Shown here: positions 13,166 through 26,515 of the stretch, piece by piece | Position numbering within the stretch: the stretch's first letter is position 1 | Layout of the letters: the number at the start of each line of letters is the position of its first letter | Origin: Tubiluchus corallicola | Taxonomy: Eukaryota > Animalia > Priapulida | Assembly (NCBI GenBank): GCA_030141605.1 | Contig: JAQGDQ010000228.1 | Coordinates: 296,312 to 360,311 of the forward strand | Reading direction: 5' to 3' | DNA length: 64,000 nt | Notes under the pieces: generated by a model | Databases searched by the model: none | Told to the model about the DNA's origin: nothing | What the model saw: the letters and a program-made list of their open reading frames with translations, nothing else | Made by a program: the position numbers and the translations under genes

Positions 13166-14136
13166 CCGTAAAACGGGGTGAGTTCGCCACTTTTTAGGGG
13201 TATTTTTTTACGTTTCCTGCCATAGCAAGAGAATTAGCCAACCGATTTTCTTAGTTCAAACTTTATATTGCCCTTCGAATAAAACACTATCGTGGGGTGA
13301 ATTCGCCACTAACAATTTAACACTGTTTAATGCCATTCTAGGCAGCTGAAGTTAACTGGTTGTGATTGGCTGGTTGGGGGTGAGTTCGCCACCCTATGAA
13401 AAAATTATAAAAAATGTCTAGTTTTAGTTTTCAAATAGAAACTTCTACGTTGGCAAGGAAGGCTTGAACGTCTTGTGCACTGATCTTATTGCGGGCGCCC
13501 TTGACGTTGCCAGCCACTCTGAAAACCAGATTGTTCCTTCGGGCGAATGATTTGACAAAGTCTATTCCAGGGGTGTTTGCCTTGAATCGTCGTTCCTGGA
13601 TTCCCTTCGCGTCAAGAACACTCTTAATCACTAGTCGGAGATCGATGGCAGTCATTGGGAACCCCCACTCAGCGGCCACTGGGAGTGTTGGCGATTTCGT
13701 GCTCCTCAGCGGCGGAGAACACTGGCTGACCTCCGGTCTTCCGCGGATGACTTCCTGAGAGTTTGTCAGAAAGGGTCTTTCTTGGAACTCCGAATTGCCT
13801 CGCCGCTGGGCTGATTGTCCTGTTGGTATTCTTGACGGCATGCAGGGCAACTTCCAGAGCTTCTGGGGTATAATTTTGGTATCTATGACCCGGTACAGGG
13901 GTGCAGGTGCGTGGCATGTTAAGTAGCAAGAAATAGTAGACAAATAATATGTAGCGCAGAATGGAATACTTCTAGTGCGAATTGAAAGAAGATAACTGTC
14001 GCAAACTGTTTATAATGACGGTGATCATGATATCTGTTCATTAAACACTGAACAATAGTTACAGCAAACCTACAATGGCCAATACGTAAGGGGTGGCGAA
14101 CTCACCCTCGGGTGGCGAACTCACCCCGTTTTACGG
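13166..14136 (-). mobile_element. pogo/Tigger-family DNA transposon, internally deleted
   Basis: Perfect 25-bp TIRs CCGTAAAACGGGGTGAGTTCGCCAC (13166-13190 and 14112-14136) flanked by TA on both sides. Confidence 0.92.
13431..13917 (-). pseudogene. Truncated, frameshifted pogo transposase (HTH-psq and CENP-B-type HTH only)
   Basis: YTPEALEVALHAVK...AARQFGVPRKTLSDKL, one frameshift near 13680, then WGFPMTAIDLR...PGIDFVKSFARRN; no DDE domain. Confidence 0.85.
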
Positions 14137-17100
14137 TAATTATTTTTTACTACGTAGTAACGACATCCGGTTTGAAAATCACTGTTTTAAAAATTGATTT
14201 AGTGAAACCGAATCATTCTTAGATTCATAAAAAACCAGCAAAATTTGAAAAGATTAATCTACATGAACAAGTTTTGTGAATGCTTTTTGAAAGGTTGGCG
14301 TGCCATGTTTTACAGGATCATTTACAGGAAGCGCAAAAATACAGAAAAACTTTTGGTTACTCATGTATCTTTTACAGACGTGTTAAGATTCATTATACTA
14401 ACAATGGGCTCATTATATAACAAATCACAGAATTCTTAATTATTGAACTGGGTCAGTCTCTGACTCTGGCTTGATCTGTCTGAGATTTGATCTATCAGTG
14501 TAGTCTGTTTGGGGTTTGTTCGTTTGAGGTCTAATTGTCGGCTGGATTCGTCTAACTAAACTGATAATGAAAAATGTGTTCCTTAATTCACGGCCTGCGA
14601 ATTAGTCCACAGTATGTTATATGTCTGTGCGAAATGCCAGTTACCTACGATGAGAACTGTACAAATTTCAAACATAAATTTGTACAAGAAATTCCAATAG
14701 CATGACCAAGAACTAGGGATCCGTACTACATCAAAACATACAATTTATCATTTGGGTCCATTGTTCAGTTACTCATATTGATGAACTTATGCCCATGTTA
14801 GACCAAAACTCAGCCAAACCGGATCTCAGATAGATTACATTTCTGACAGGAAGACCTTTGATGTACCAGACAAGAATGAGCTAGAGCTAGAGTTAGAGCC
14901 ACATTTAGAACAGAAAGAAGCTGACCCAATCCAATAATTACACCACATCTAGACCATGAGAGAAGCGGCAACTACAGACTACGATCTAACCTATGTTAGA
15001 CATTGCATCATTTATGTTAATGATTATTGACGCAAAATTGTTACATAATGACATTTTTTGTTTACGACACAATGCAGCATTTTTATTACATAATGCTGAA
15101 TTGTTACATAGAGAGCCTTTTGTGTACAAACTTCACGTAATGCATAAGGTGAAGAATAATTTAGGGAACTGTCGAGGTGTTGGAGCTACTTCTAGTGGAT
15201 ACAGGTCAGAAGGCAAAGAACATTGTCCGTGGCGCACCAATCGGGGAGTCAGCATTCAACCGAAAACCCTCCCATTAGTGCTAGTATTAGCGTCTCTATC
15301 ATCTATATAGGTTACCCTTTGCGTCGAAAAGTAGGCCTACTGACTTTATGTCCTACATAATTCTTATTCGATATTTATATGGCGCTTTGAATTAAAGTCA
15401 TGAGTTATTAATTTGTTGTTTACATTTTTGTTGATTTGATTAATTTGGTTTTTGGTATGATTTAGTTAACATTTATTAACCCCCGCCATTTAATTAACAA
15501 TCATTCATCCATTGTTTGTTTATAGCACTTCGCGATTTCTTGGTAGGCTGTTTTAATACATATGCTAGTTACGTAAATACACTTAATCTAATTTTTGTTT
15601 TTTCTTTTTCTATTGTAGATAAACTTTATGTTATGCGTAATAAGCTGAGGTATTTTGCTCAAAGCTCAAAATCACTTAAGATGGATGTTCTTGTCAGTGA
15701 TCTAAAAAAACATTCACGGTTTCTACTCAGAGCATCTTTAATGTGTTCTTTAAAGTTCTTTTTACTCACTCTTGTCAGAAATCAAAAATTAATGAAGGGA
15801 AAAAAAAAGAGTAATGCACTAGTCTCGGTGAGAAACTAACGTAAATCTTACCACTGTTCATTTCTGGCACTCAATGCTGCGAATAATGGGCATTAAAGCA
15901 AATGTTTTCTACTCAAAATTAAACGCTCTTTATAATAGTTGTATCACTTTTTCTCTATTCTTTTTGACTTTTTCTGTACAGTGGAGCTAATCATTTTCTG
16001 ACACTCTACAGCAATTGCAATAGTGAAAGTGTATTGTAAGAAGTCCAAATTATATATCATTTACTAAAAAAACACGAATCTAATAAGACACAAACATTGC
16101 ATTTTCACTAAACAAAAATGCCCTACTTTCACTGTAATGCTTTTTTCTACTTTTTTAACAATTCAAAAGAAATAATGGTGACTGTCTATGTTTTCCTTTT
16201 GCAAACATGTCCGTAATCTTAATGGGCAGGTATTTAGAAAGTGTATGCACTAAAATTGATTGCAGGCACTATTGCTAACTTCAAAATTTTCAAAAGTTTA
16301 AAACAATTCGTCGTTGAAGAAACACTAACTGCAGCCAGCATAAAGCTGTAATGCAGTACGTAAGCAATTGTTGAATAATTATGAAATTTTTTAAATGAAC
16401 AATTTGCCCTGAAAATGTACAATTCATTTGCCCTGGGATGGCTGCCCCCTACCGCATACGCCTATAGTTCTTGTTGTAATTGGGGGAGGAGGAGGAGGAA
16501 TGACCTTCCAGCAAAGTCATCTGTGTGCCATACTTCGCATTTGCTGGTTTCATTTTGTTAACAACGAAGAATTATGTCGGAGGGTATGTGATCCAATTGC
16601 AGTAACTACCAGCATCGTTTAGTAGTAAGCATCGAGTAAGCATGAACATCGTATGCATTATTTTATTTTGTTCTGATTTCTGATCTATGAAACAAGAACG
16701 ATAATTATTACCTCAGAAGCGACACAGAACAGGTCCCTACTATAAGTATGCAGAACATGAAAGTGCATGTTTCCGAGTATAATAAGGGTTTGTTTCTAAA
16801 CGTCATGTTTTGTCCCGATGGAGGATCTTTGGTTCATGGTGTTCCGAGATCTTAGCCCTTCTCAAAGAATTCTGCTATTGCTGCTCAGGTTGTGAAAATG
16901 AATTTGCGCGGAGATGACGTGTTGCAATAGTTATTATTTATATTAGGTGCTATTTTAATTTTTGTGATGCAGTTTATTGCATTTATATCCATGCATCCTT
17001 ACTACGACCTTAAAAAATCATAGGTGCCCTGCGGATTTCAGGGCAGGGTGGGTTGGATCATGGACAAAATTTAACTTTGCTGGTTGTTGGAAGCGCTTAC

Positions 17101-17749
17101 ATTCCAGTCACTTAGTTCCTTGATAAATCACCTCGTTTCTGCTGCATGATTGCGCATAAGTCAGCAGTCGCAAGTTACTGTTTACTATATATACATATAC
17201 GTAGACATATAGACAAAGACATTTATTTTCTCCAATAATGTGTTACAAATTTCCATTTAACGAAAAAATCTTTACTTTATCCATGGAGATGGGGTTAGGA
17301 AAGACCGTAGCGGCGTAGGTCATCTAGTCACTCACTCCTTCCTCTTATAATTTAATATTGCGATAGCAGAAAAAATAATGGCACTGGATGCAGTTATTGT
17401 TAATTACTTAAATAAAATGATCAAAATAAAGCAATAGCAAAAGAAAAAAGTATAAAACAAACATAACAATAATAAACATTCCAGCCATTACTCTACGTTA
17501 TTCTAATAAGACTGTCATATATAATTTGGACTCATTTCTGACCGTAATTCCAGTAATACTGATTTTTTTATTGTGTCCCTATAATGGACTATAATATCAT
17601 TATTATTTTTGTAGTTTTCATTTTCAGTTTTTATTTTCTATTTTTAACTTGTGCCTACAATACAACAAAATGACAATGATGTGTGGATAGGGCCCATTCA
17701 AGGAATGGGTCCAATTCTCGTTAATTGATTATGATGCATTTAAATATCT

Positions 17750-19960
17750 TTTAGGTTTGAAAGGGGTGTTTAGAAGATATTCTGCTTCTATGGGCAGTAA
17801 AAGCATTTCAGGAATGGCAGCCCTGCATAGTAGTATAAGGTTGCTCTCAAAGTTCATTGTCTTTCTCTTGGTTAGTATACCAATAAATTACTAAAATTAA
17901 TTAATGACTCTTGGTTTTAATGAAATTCAGGAAAGGCATACATATTTTCAATTACTTCAATCACTGTTTAGCCTATGGTCAAGAAAGGTGATATAGTGGT
18001 TTAGGTTCTCATCAGTTGCTTTTGGGCAGAATGGTTTGGTTTGTGGAATCTATGACTCACATCATTTGCTAAAAGTTGTAAGTTAAGAGCTGGGGATACA
18101 GGGGAATGATTCGACAAATTATCTAAAAAATGATGAACTTCGGTTTTAGTTACATGTTCACGCAAATTATCCAATACAGCAAGGTGATCTAACGTAGAGT
18201 AAGAATTAAAGTCCTTATTATAACAGGTATAGTTAATCAAAGTCTTATTAAAAGTTCACAGTCATTTGTTAGCTTCTTTCGTGGAAGAAAGACTTCAGTA
18301 CTTGACCCATGTTTCTAGAAAGGTCACAATTAAGGTCACTTGCAACTGTGTGCAGTTAAAGCAATTAATCATATCATTTATGCTGTCAAGCACTTGTTCA
18401 AATGACTAGCATTGGCTGCATAATTGTCTGTAGGCATGTATAAATTGACCATAGCTATGGAGCAATTTGAGGCTTATATTTCAATAGCTGATACCCTCTC
18501 AGAGTCACATTTTATTGCTTTTATATAATTACTAAATTCCTTCGTCCATATTATCGCAGTACCACCATACATGATCGAAACACATAGATTTTATAAAAGT
18601 TGGTTTTGTCTTTGAAAAACCAGTGCAATTGTAAGACACAATTCTACATTGATGTTTGTTATTAGTTGTTGGCTTCTTTGTTGCCTTCCATTATTATTTA
18701 ATTTAAGGTTTTATAAGCTTCAATGTTGAACTGCTCTGAAAGTTGTTAAGACATAGGCTTCTTAGGCAGCCAGTAACACTTATATCCAATGCCCTCATGC
18801 CAGAAGTCATATTTCAACACTAAATCTTTTTGTTCACGTGGAATCATCATGTGGTAGGTATTCTTGCTATTTATAATAGGCTCAGTATCTAGCACCATGA
18901 CTGACTGTGATTCAGTGTCAGTTTTAAGTTTGCCTAGTAAGTAGCTGCCGTCGACATTAAATTTTTTTAAATAGGCACACCATTCTAAGCTTTTCTTTTT
19001 TGCAGCACCAAAATTGCTGGCGGCCTATCTCTTTTTATGGTTTTGATGGGTCGTTGTTTGTGGGTGTTGCTCGTTCCAGCTATACCTAGCTGCAGTGCCT
19101 GAAATTTGCTAACGCCTGCTGTTGGTAAAGGAGGAAAACTAGCTACTACGTTACTATAGGAGGATTGCTATATCAGTTGTGTCTCGTTTACATTAGGATC
19201 CTCAGTTGTAATAAAATTTGTCCATTTGTGGTCCCAATCAATTGATATTAAAGGAACAGTTCGAGCTTTTATGCTTGCAATATCATTTGAGTTTTGAACT
19301 GTGCTGGTGATGCAGCTATTGAGAGAGTCTGTTTAAGCAGTCCCCTATAGCAAGTATATCACCTTCCATTGGTGAGAATTTTGGTAGTCTGTCCAAATCG
19401 ATCGCATAAAACCCAGGAATTAAGTCCACTTCGTCTAACTTTCGTAGGGCAGTAATAATGTCATCTATGTTAAATCTGCTAACTGATTTATGGACTGAAC
19501 CCATCAGTCTGAATGCGCCCTATTTGTTCCATGTCAGCTGTCTCCCACAATGCAAAACCTTAGCGTCAGGTTTCTCATCGTCAGAATAGAAATGACGTAT
19601 CGTGTTTTTCAGGTCTTCCGTTGTCACTTTGTTCATATAGTGAACGCAATATGTCAGTAGTCTGTTGTTTGTCCATCATAGTTTGATTATAGACAAAGGT
19701 ATACAGAATTAGCGCTGGTCAGTGTCATACCTAACTGACCGGAAAAGCTGTGTAGTGTTAGAATTCTGCCGCCAAAAAATCAACACAATTTATTATTTTA
19801 TCAACTTACAATTTTTCATTGATAACTCTGTCTAATCAACACATTTTCTGTCCAGTATTTTACAGTGACTTTTTCTCACTCTCAAACATACACTGGTATA
19901 AAAATTTCGTATGCCACAAATAATAATCCGACTAAAAAATTGGCAATTTGTAGGAGCAGA
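17750..19960 (-). mobile_element. 5' part of a decayed LINE (ORF1 plus APE endonuclease)
   Basis: ORF1-like NRLLTYCVHY...FYSDDE and IDDIITAL...FYAIDLDRLP; endonuclease motifs YGGTAIIW, VNLYMPTD, STLDHL...NLSNHSPV; many stops. Confidence 0.8.
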
Positions 19961-20354
19961 ACTAGCTTGACCACTTAACACACCTTCCACCTTATGTATA
20001 GCCAAACTCACTATAATGCTAACTTTTTTGCAGTCTCAAAGTGGGTTGTATAAAGAGGTTTGTCTGTAATGAATATTTCAAAGAGAAAATGGTTTAATGG
20101 ATATTAAGAACTAGCAGTAATTATTAATATATATGTATATAGTGGAATAAATGTTGAAAAGATTGGTCAGTTCTTAGGTTGAATCAGGATTTGTCTGAAT
20201 CACTAAAATCTATTGGTAATTCAAAGTCCTTCATTCACTTACAAGCTGTATTCAGCTCTTAATCACTCTTTCATGTATTCACTATTTGTTTCAGCCATAT
20301 TTGGTTTCAGAAATTTAGTGCAGCAATAATAATAACAATAACCATTTTTTGTAG

Positions 20355-20522
20355 TTGCCATTAGCAGAATGTGAGTTGTTAGAGAGCTGTGGAAACCTGG
20401 GCTTCACTTCAAACCTTTTGTGCAGTGCATGTCATGACTTGCAGCCATTTAACTTGTCTGCTTTGAGTGAATCCTGTGAGCAGTGTTGCATCCCATATTT
20501 AGATGACAAAGAGGAGAAAAAT
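20355..20522 (+). CDS. SELENOF: SELENOF exon (Cys-rich domain)
   Basis: tttgtag|TTG...AAT|gtaagt; 168 nt, phase 0 to 0. Confidence 0.92.
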
Positions 20523-23010
20523 GTAAGTGTGCCTTTCTGGCATTTGTTTGCCTTGTGTGTTTAATTTAATCTGTAATAAAGTCATAATGTTAATAAAGTG
20601 ATCGTATTAAAAAAGTGAAGTGCAAAATATTTTTATCAATTTGGCAAATGCAATAACATTGAACACAAGGTTTGGACAAACAGAACTTTATTATTACCGA
20701 AAATGAATCATCAAAAAAGGTTCTTTCGTTTTGTTCTGTGTAAATACACTGTGCAGCTATGTTGGGTCTGATGTTTGGTATAATCTGAAAATTATTACCT
20801 GGCCTCTGCCTGCTGAAAAAATCATCGGGTATACGTTAATTTTGATATTTTTATGAAAAAATTTGATTTTCAAAAATAAAACATCTATATATTTATTTAA
20901 TTATCTAAATTGAGCTTATAAGTTTTGCTTTGACTTCTTCTTTTGCCATAAAATGACAACAAGAAGTTAAGTTTAATTTTGCTTTTATAACAGGTTTATC
21001 CTTATGCACGATTAGAAGTTTGTGGATGAAAATTGGGAAGATTCCCCCAGATCGAATGTAAGTGCGAATACATTACGTTTTCCTAGCTATAATTAAAATT
21101 AATTTATTTCTTAATCTTGCACTACAGCATGGTTATGAAATTCATCAAAGCACACACTGAACAGTTTATGAAACTCTTCGTCCTGACTTTGCTGTGATAA
21201 GTAGCTTGGAAAATTACTGGATTTTTTGCCATATACCTGGTAAGATGCACTTATCGAGGAAAAACCATGCTTTATACACTTGATATAGAGGCCTCATGTA
21301 AGCCACAACTTTTATTGCTACACTTAGGCAAATATGCTAACAGCAGTTGACACTTGAAGCTTTTGTCGTGCCCAAAATGAGTTGCTAATATGAAGTTAAA
21401 TGTTGCACTTGTCCATTTTTTGAGCTAAAGTATGATCGACTAGTTATATTCTGCTATTATTACTTTATTACTGCAATCAAAATATTCTATTTTAGTGCTT
21501 CAGCATTCTGTAATTTTCATTATAATTCTCTGCTGTTAAATTATTATTTAGTTATTAATTAATAGTAAGTGTCTTTAGAGAAACTAATTTAATTTATTTC
21601 CTTTTACATTATCTTATTTATTGCATAAAAGTTTGCACGTATGAAGAAAAAAATGTTTTTCTTAAAAAAGGAGCAGCTGAGGTAGTGGCCAATGGGTCTT
21701 TCGCTACTCCTATGCACATAATATATTAGTGTAATTGCTAGTATTATACATTGTATGTGAAACGAATGTTGAGGAAATGAATTGATTGATTGATTGATCG
21801 TGTGTGATCTTATTAGGAAATGACGCCCAACTGGTTTTACTGACAAGTATGTAAGTAATTTTCCAACCATTACTGATGCACTTACTAAATTGCATTAATA
21901 ATTAGAAGTGTTGAGTATTGTTAATACCCTGCACTAGTAATTGTTAAATTGTAGTGCCATGTGTGACAAGTTTCAGCTAAAACATTAAACTTGGTCAATC
22001 CACAGAAAATATATTAGGCAGTTGTTATTTTTCCTTGCTGTTTAACTTGCTCTGCATTTTGGCAGCTTCCGAATGTAAGCCAGACATATTTATTAAATGG
22101 TGTCATACTACATAACTGTTTAGTAGAACATGTAGAATTATCGAAGTTACATAATTAGCAAGCATTGTTCCAAAAAAAGCAATCTTTAAAAAGACAAAAG
22201 GCAAGACAAGATTTATTTACCATCACTCATTTAACGGACAACGTTAGCACCAGCAACTATCTAGCGACTTCACTTACCACGATAAAGGTAAGGACGCAAC
22301 ACACAAATAACATATAGGGTAAATGCCCTGGCATTGGCAGCAGCCAGGACGAAGCTTTTGTGTTTTGAAGTTGCAGAATTTTCCAACAAACCAATACTAA
22401 GATCGTGATGGTAAAATTTCAGCATTTATAGCACAGTGCATGGGTATATGCAGTCATACAGTAACTAAATTGAAAGACCTAGGACTTTTTAGCAGAGCTG
22501 TCAAGTGTCTACTTCTGCTATTATGTCAGAATATTAGGTAAAAGCACTAAACTAAAATTGTTGCTGAAAGCAATCATGTTTGTTACTGAATAAAATTACT
22601 ACTAGATTCAGTAACTAAAAGCATTTATTTAAAGCGTTAATGAAATTCTGTACCACCAAGAACCTGCTTAAAAACTCTGAACATTTGCACTGAGGTTCTG
22701 AACTTGAAAAAAAACAATAGCCACCAAGTAAGATTTTATTTGTATAGATAAAACTTATATTTTTAAACAAATGAACCCTGGCTGATAAACGTGAAGTAAG
22801 TTGAGAGTGAAGTAAATGTTTGTCTTTGCAGCATTCGTGAAGGGGGAAGAGCGACAACGCTTTCACAATCTGCAAATCAAGTATGTACGTGGTTCCAATC
22901 CTGTGATAAAATTACTGGACAGTAAGAAGGAAATTGTTGAAGAGGTTAGTGTCGAGAAGTGGAACACGGATTCTTTAGTTGAATTTCTGTCAGAACATTT
23001 AACAAAATAA
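20355..23010 (+). CDS. SELENOF: Selenoprotein F (Sep15); exons 20355-20522, 20994-21057, 22832-23010; first (signal peptide) exon not located
   Basis: Splices GT-AG in frame to LPLAECELLESCGNLGFTSNLLCSACHDL...CEQCC...VYPYARLEVCG-U-KLGRFPQIESFVKGEERQRFHNLQIKYVRGSNPVIKLLD...EKWNTDSLVEFLSEHLTK*, matching Sep15 family motifs. Confidence 0.95.
20994..21057 (+). CDS. SELENOF: SELENOF exon containing the Sec codon (TGA 21027-21029)
   Basis: taacag|GTT...GAA T|gtaagt; VYPYARLEVCG(TGA)KLGRFPQIE. Confidence 0.95.
22191..22280 (-). mobile_element. Partial (3') copy of the SINE at 36541-36706
   Basis: aagacaagatttatttacc...ttagcac...tagcgactt is shared with 36553-36620. Confidence 0.6.
22832..23010 (+). 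CDS. SELENOF: SELENOF last coding exon
   Basis: tttgcag|CA TTC GTG...AAA TAA; KYVRGSNPVIKLLD and KWNTD motifs. Confidence 0.95.
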
Positions 23011-23988
23011 ATTCTGATATGTTAGGTAATACAGCATTTCCCAAGTTCTTTGTACAAAGTAACCTACTGATGTCAAAGTGCAACTTTTATTTGACTGGAA
23101 ATATTTTATAGACGTTAATTTAGAATTGATTAGATAAGACCTTTGAATTATTCACAGCAGCAAATTGGTTGTAAGCTTGCTGCAAATTATTGAAACTGTT
23201 TACATTCACAAAACAGTTTAACCAAATTTTTATTGTAATAGTGATGAATGCCGCTTGTTTTCAGGCACTAAAGTTCGCATTTTGACACTGCTGATTATAT
23301 GTACCCTGCTATTTTTTTAATACATTTAATGCAAATTTTTAATGTAGACAATGTGTTATGCTCGTTCCAGGGAAAAATATTACTTTTAAGTTAAATATGG
23401 CAGATATGAGAAATTATAGAAAAGCTACATAAATGTGAGAAGTTTTTCCAAAAGTAACATTTTTATGATTTTGTCAAAGTTGCACAAGAGCCTGTGATTC
23501 AGTAATTTAGATGAACAAACTCCTTAAACTTTATTTTGGTAGCCTATTTGTAGATTCTTATAAAGCTAAAAATTTGGTAAACTCAGCAATTCTATTATCT
23601 GTGTTTTTTTAATTAATACCGTACTGTTTTGAAACCAATGTAGACATTCATTAGCTTACAGATAAAATATTTTTATAACAAGCAAGTGCTGTATTCATTA
23701 CTGTGTATTTTTTACAGAGAAATTCTATCCTATTTTCATTTGGTCTAGTAATGTTTGTCTGTATTTGTTACTGGTCAAGTATTGGTTGTATGTGTTGTTC
23801 AATGTACACATTTATTACATTGTAGCAAGTGCAACACTTTCATGGGTTTGGTATCATTAACTTCAAAATATCTGTTATGCATGTTGTAATGTAGAAAGCT
23901 GAACTATCATCCATGCATCAAATCAGTCATATTTATATTTAAAATAGCAAGTTTGCTTTCAAATATTTTTTTTAACATAATTTGTAGT

Positions 23989-24064
23989 GCCTTGCATTTG
24001 TAATAATGAAGATTTGGTGAGAAATGTTATTTGCCAAGTTGGAACAGCAGACATGTGCAATGGC
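23989..24064 (+). promoter_or_regulatory. SECIS element (form 1) in the SELENOF 3' UTR
   Basis: Core ATGAA (24006-24010) / GGAA (24041-24044); helix II GATTTGGTGA:TTGCCAAGTT fully paired including GU; apical AAA; helix I gccttgcatttgt:acatgtgcaatggc. Confidence 0.9.
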
Positions 24065-24110
24065 TCTTTGCAAAGAGACCAATGTTACAATGTTATGAAA
24101 CTTACTTGCC

Positions 24111-24116
24111 AATAAA
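24111..24116 (+). promoter_or_regulatory. Probable SELENOF polyadenylation signal
   Basis: AATAAA 47 nt downstream of the SECIS. Confidence 0.6.
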
Positions 24117-25189
24117 GATGTATAACTTTACACACTTGTTAGACAGTTTAATTTTTCACCAACACTGACAAAAGGCTATAGCATATTTAAAAGATTGTTC
24201 TTGTGTTTAAATTGTCTTTGTTTTCGTATTGCCAAAATCTTTAAGGCTGCTGACATATCCTTTACGGGTCGAGCATAGAGCTGGAAGTTCTTAGATTGTT
24301 TTTTGCAACGAAACGATGCAGTATTGTTCGTGTTTTTCTATGATTGAAAAGTATTTGATTATTTAGGCATTTAGTAATCCAGGCATTTGATAGCCTATAG
24401 CGGTTTAGCTTGAACACTTGCATGCAGAGTCGTATTAAGGAAGTGTTTCGGTGCCCTAAGCATGTCACGCCTCATCCGATGTCGGCCTCAGATCGGACAA
24501 ACTTGATAGAAGTAGAAATTTAGAACTGCGAACAACAGGAATTTTTACTAAACACTACTTGTATGCACGTGCTTAATCTGCTTATGGGTTAATCTGGCCC
24601 TGCAGTTGCATGGTAATTAACATGAGCATACACATGATAACAAAATTGAACATACACATAATAATAACTTCAACGCTTGAAACTGTTTGAACATGTATTT
24701 CGTAACTGAATGATATAAAAGTGACGTCTTGTACGCGCATGTTAAAATTTGATTGAAATATTATGTTAAACAGGTAGTTAAAATGTTGTACTAAATAACT
24801 TTATTTCCCAACCTTTGTCGTACGATGTGAATTTACTATTCATACTGTGAAGTTAGAACTAGTTAAAAAGCTAACTATTGATATCGTGCTAGTCATTTGG
24901 CATTCATTATTTACATGTCCTCTTGAGTCTTAAATAAGTAATTGGCAGGATATTTTAATCTTGTCTTTTTTTATATAATATCTTCTTTACAGCACGACAA
25001 ACACGTCAACACAATAAAGACTAATATTGTTTACATTTCTACCCTACTGCTACTAGGTCATGTGACTACCTACTGCTGCTACAACTTTTATGTTATTATA
25101 AATGTCAAAAAACATCTCAATTATTTCGCATATGAAACAATGTATTACCAAAAAAATATATGATTTCACTATACAATAGTCTTGTTTTG

Positions 25190-26515
25190 CCATACCTGAG
25201 CTACTGTGCAATCCTATGGATACAACGTTTGCCAGAAAGTTAAACAGTATCAGAACTTTGCAACGCAAATTCATCTCTCAGATGTATAACTTACAAAAAA
25301 GATCCCATATAGACATTTATTTCAAAGAAAACAGAATTTTATTATTTGATGATTTGGTAAAACTTAGATTAGTTGCGTATGTCTACAAAACTAAAATCTT
25401 TTCCAACAATTTTTGATAATCCCTTGAAACTAAATACGAATAAAATATTCGTATAAATAACACTAGGTACAATCCTATACACAACACTATGTACAATCTC
25501 TTTCAGATTCAATATTGCAGAACAAATGTAGCTGAACAATTTGTTACTTTTCCCGGACCACGTATGTGGAATAATTTAGACTATTCAGTTAAAAATAGCT
25601 CTTTTGTTAAAAAAATTAAGAAACATTTAAACGTAAAATCTTCAACTCGTATAGTACTTCATAGTTTTTTCCTTTCCTCTTAACCCAGTAAAGTTCATTG
25701 TCTACACTATAATCGTTATTTGTTAAATTCAGTTTTAGGTTCATACACCATCGGCAGTCACAGTATGGTGCAAGCCATGGTGTATTCGTATAATTTACCA
25801 ATTATTATGAATTTTATCATTTACTGAATTCATTATTACACGTGATTGCACGTTGGCACATTGGTTTCTCATTATAGCCCCAAAATTTTTATTTACTTAC
25901 TCCTTTTCTACATGCATTTGTATAGAGATTCTTTTCCTTGTTTCTGTTTCACATTCAGCCGTTTTTACAGCTATTATAAGCTTCTTGAATTGCTACAGTA
26001 GTATTATCATTAATAGATACTAATTGTTATCATTATGTCCGTTAATTTAAACTAAAATTATGCAATGATTGTTGTGGAGATCCACTAGAATATTGTAGAA
26101 TGTTCTATAGTATAGTAGAACTAATCTTTTTCCTGTAGAAGCAATCGTAGATTCTAGAATTTTCTATACGCGATGCGCGTAGTTGTTTCTAGATTGTTCT
26201 GGTTCCATTTGCATTGATATATAAGGCAGATCTGGCCGCTCAGTTTTGTTCTCATATTCTCAGATTAATTTCAGATTCTCTGATTAGTGTGCTATTTCCC
26301 TATCACTTGTCTGTACATATTTCGCGTTCCTTCATACTTTGTGTTGTGGAATTCTCACACAATAAACCAGTTTAATTTGACAACGTGTTTTCTGGTTTTC
26401 TCTACGAGCCTTCCGAGGGAAAGAAACACAACAATGATGTATATTATATGTACATGTTACAAGTATGATATATTATTGATGTGATATAAATAAATTGAAT
26501 TGAATTGAATTGAAA
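25190..26515 (+). mobile_element. LINE 3' end with (TTGAA)n tail
   Basis: IRTLQRKFI...; FPGPRMWNNLD; ends aataaa(ttgaa)4 at ~26489-26514. Confidence 0.7.
26070..26433 (+). mobile_element. Solo LTR (364 bp)
   Basis: TGTTGTG...CACAACA termini, ATGAT 5-bp target-site duplication on both sides, internal TATATAA and AATAAA. Confidence 0.88.

Noticed and set aside
16500-16890. Candidate SELENOF first exons (ATG 16500 to AGG|gtatgt; ATG ~16818 MEDLWF...LLLLL)
   Set aside because: The first is in phase but is a poor signal peptide; the second is hydrophobic but ends in the wrong phase; neither can be supported without RNA data
23240-23560. Additional ATGAA motifs as second SECIS candidates (~23244, ~23511)
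   Set aside because: No continuous helix II with a correctly placed 3' GA
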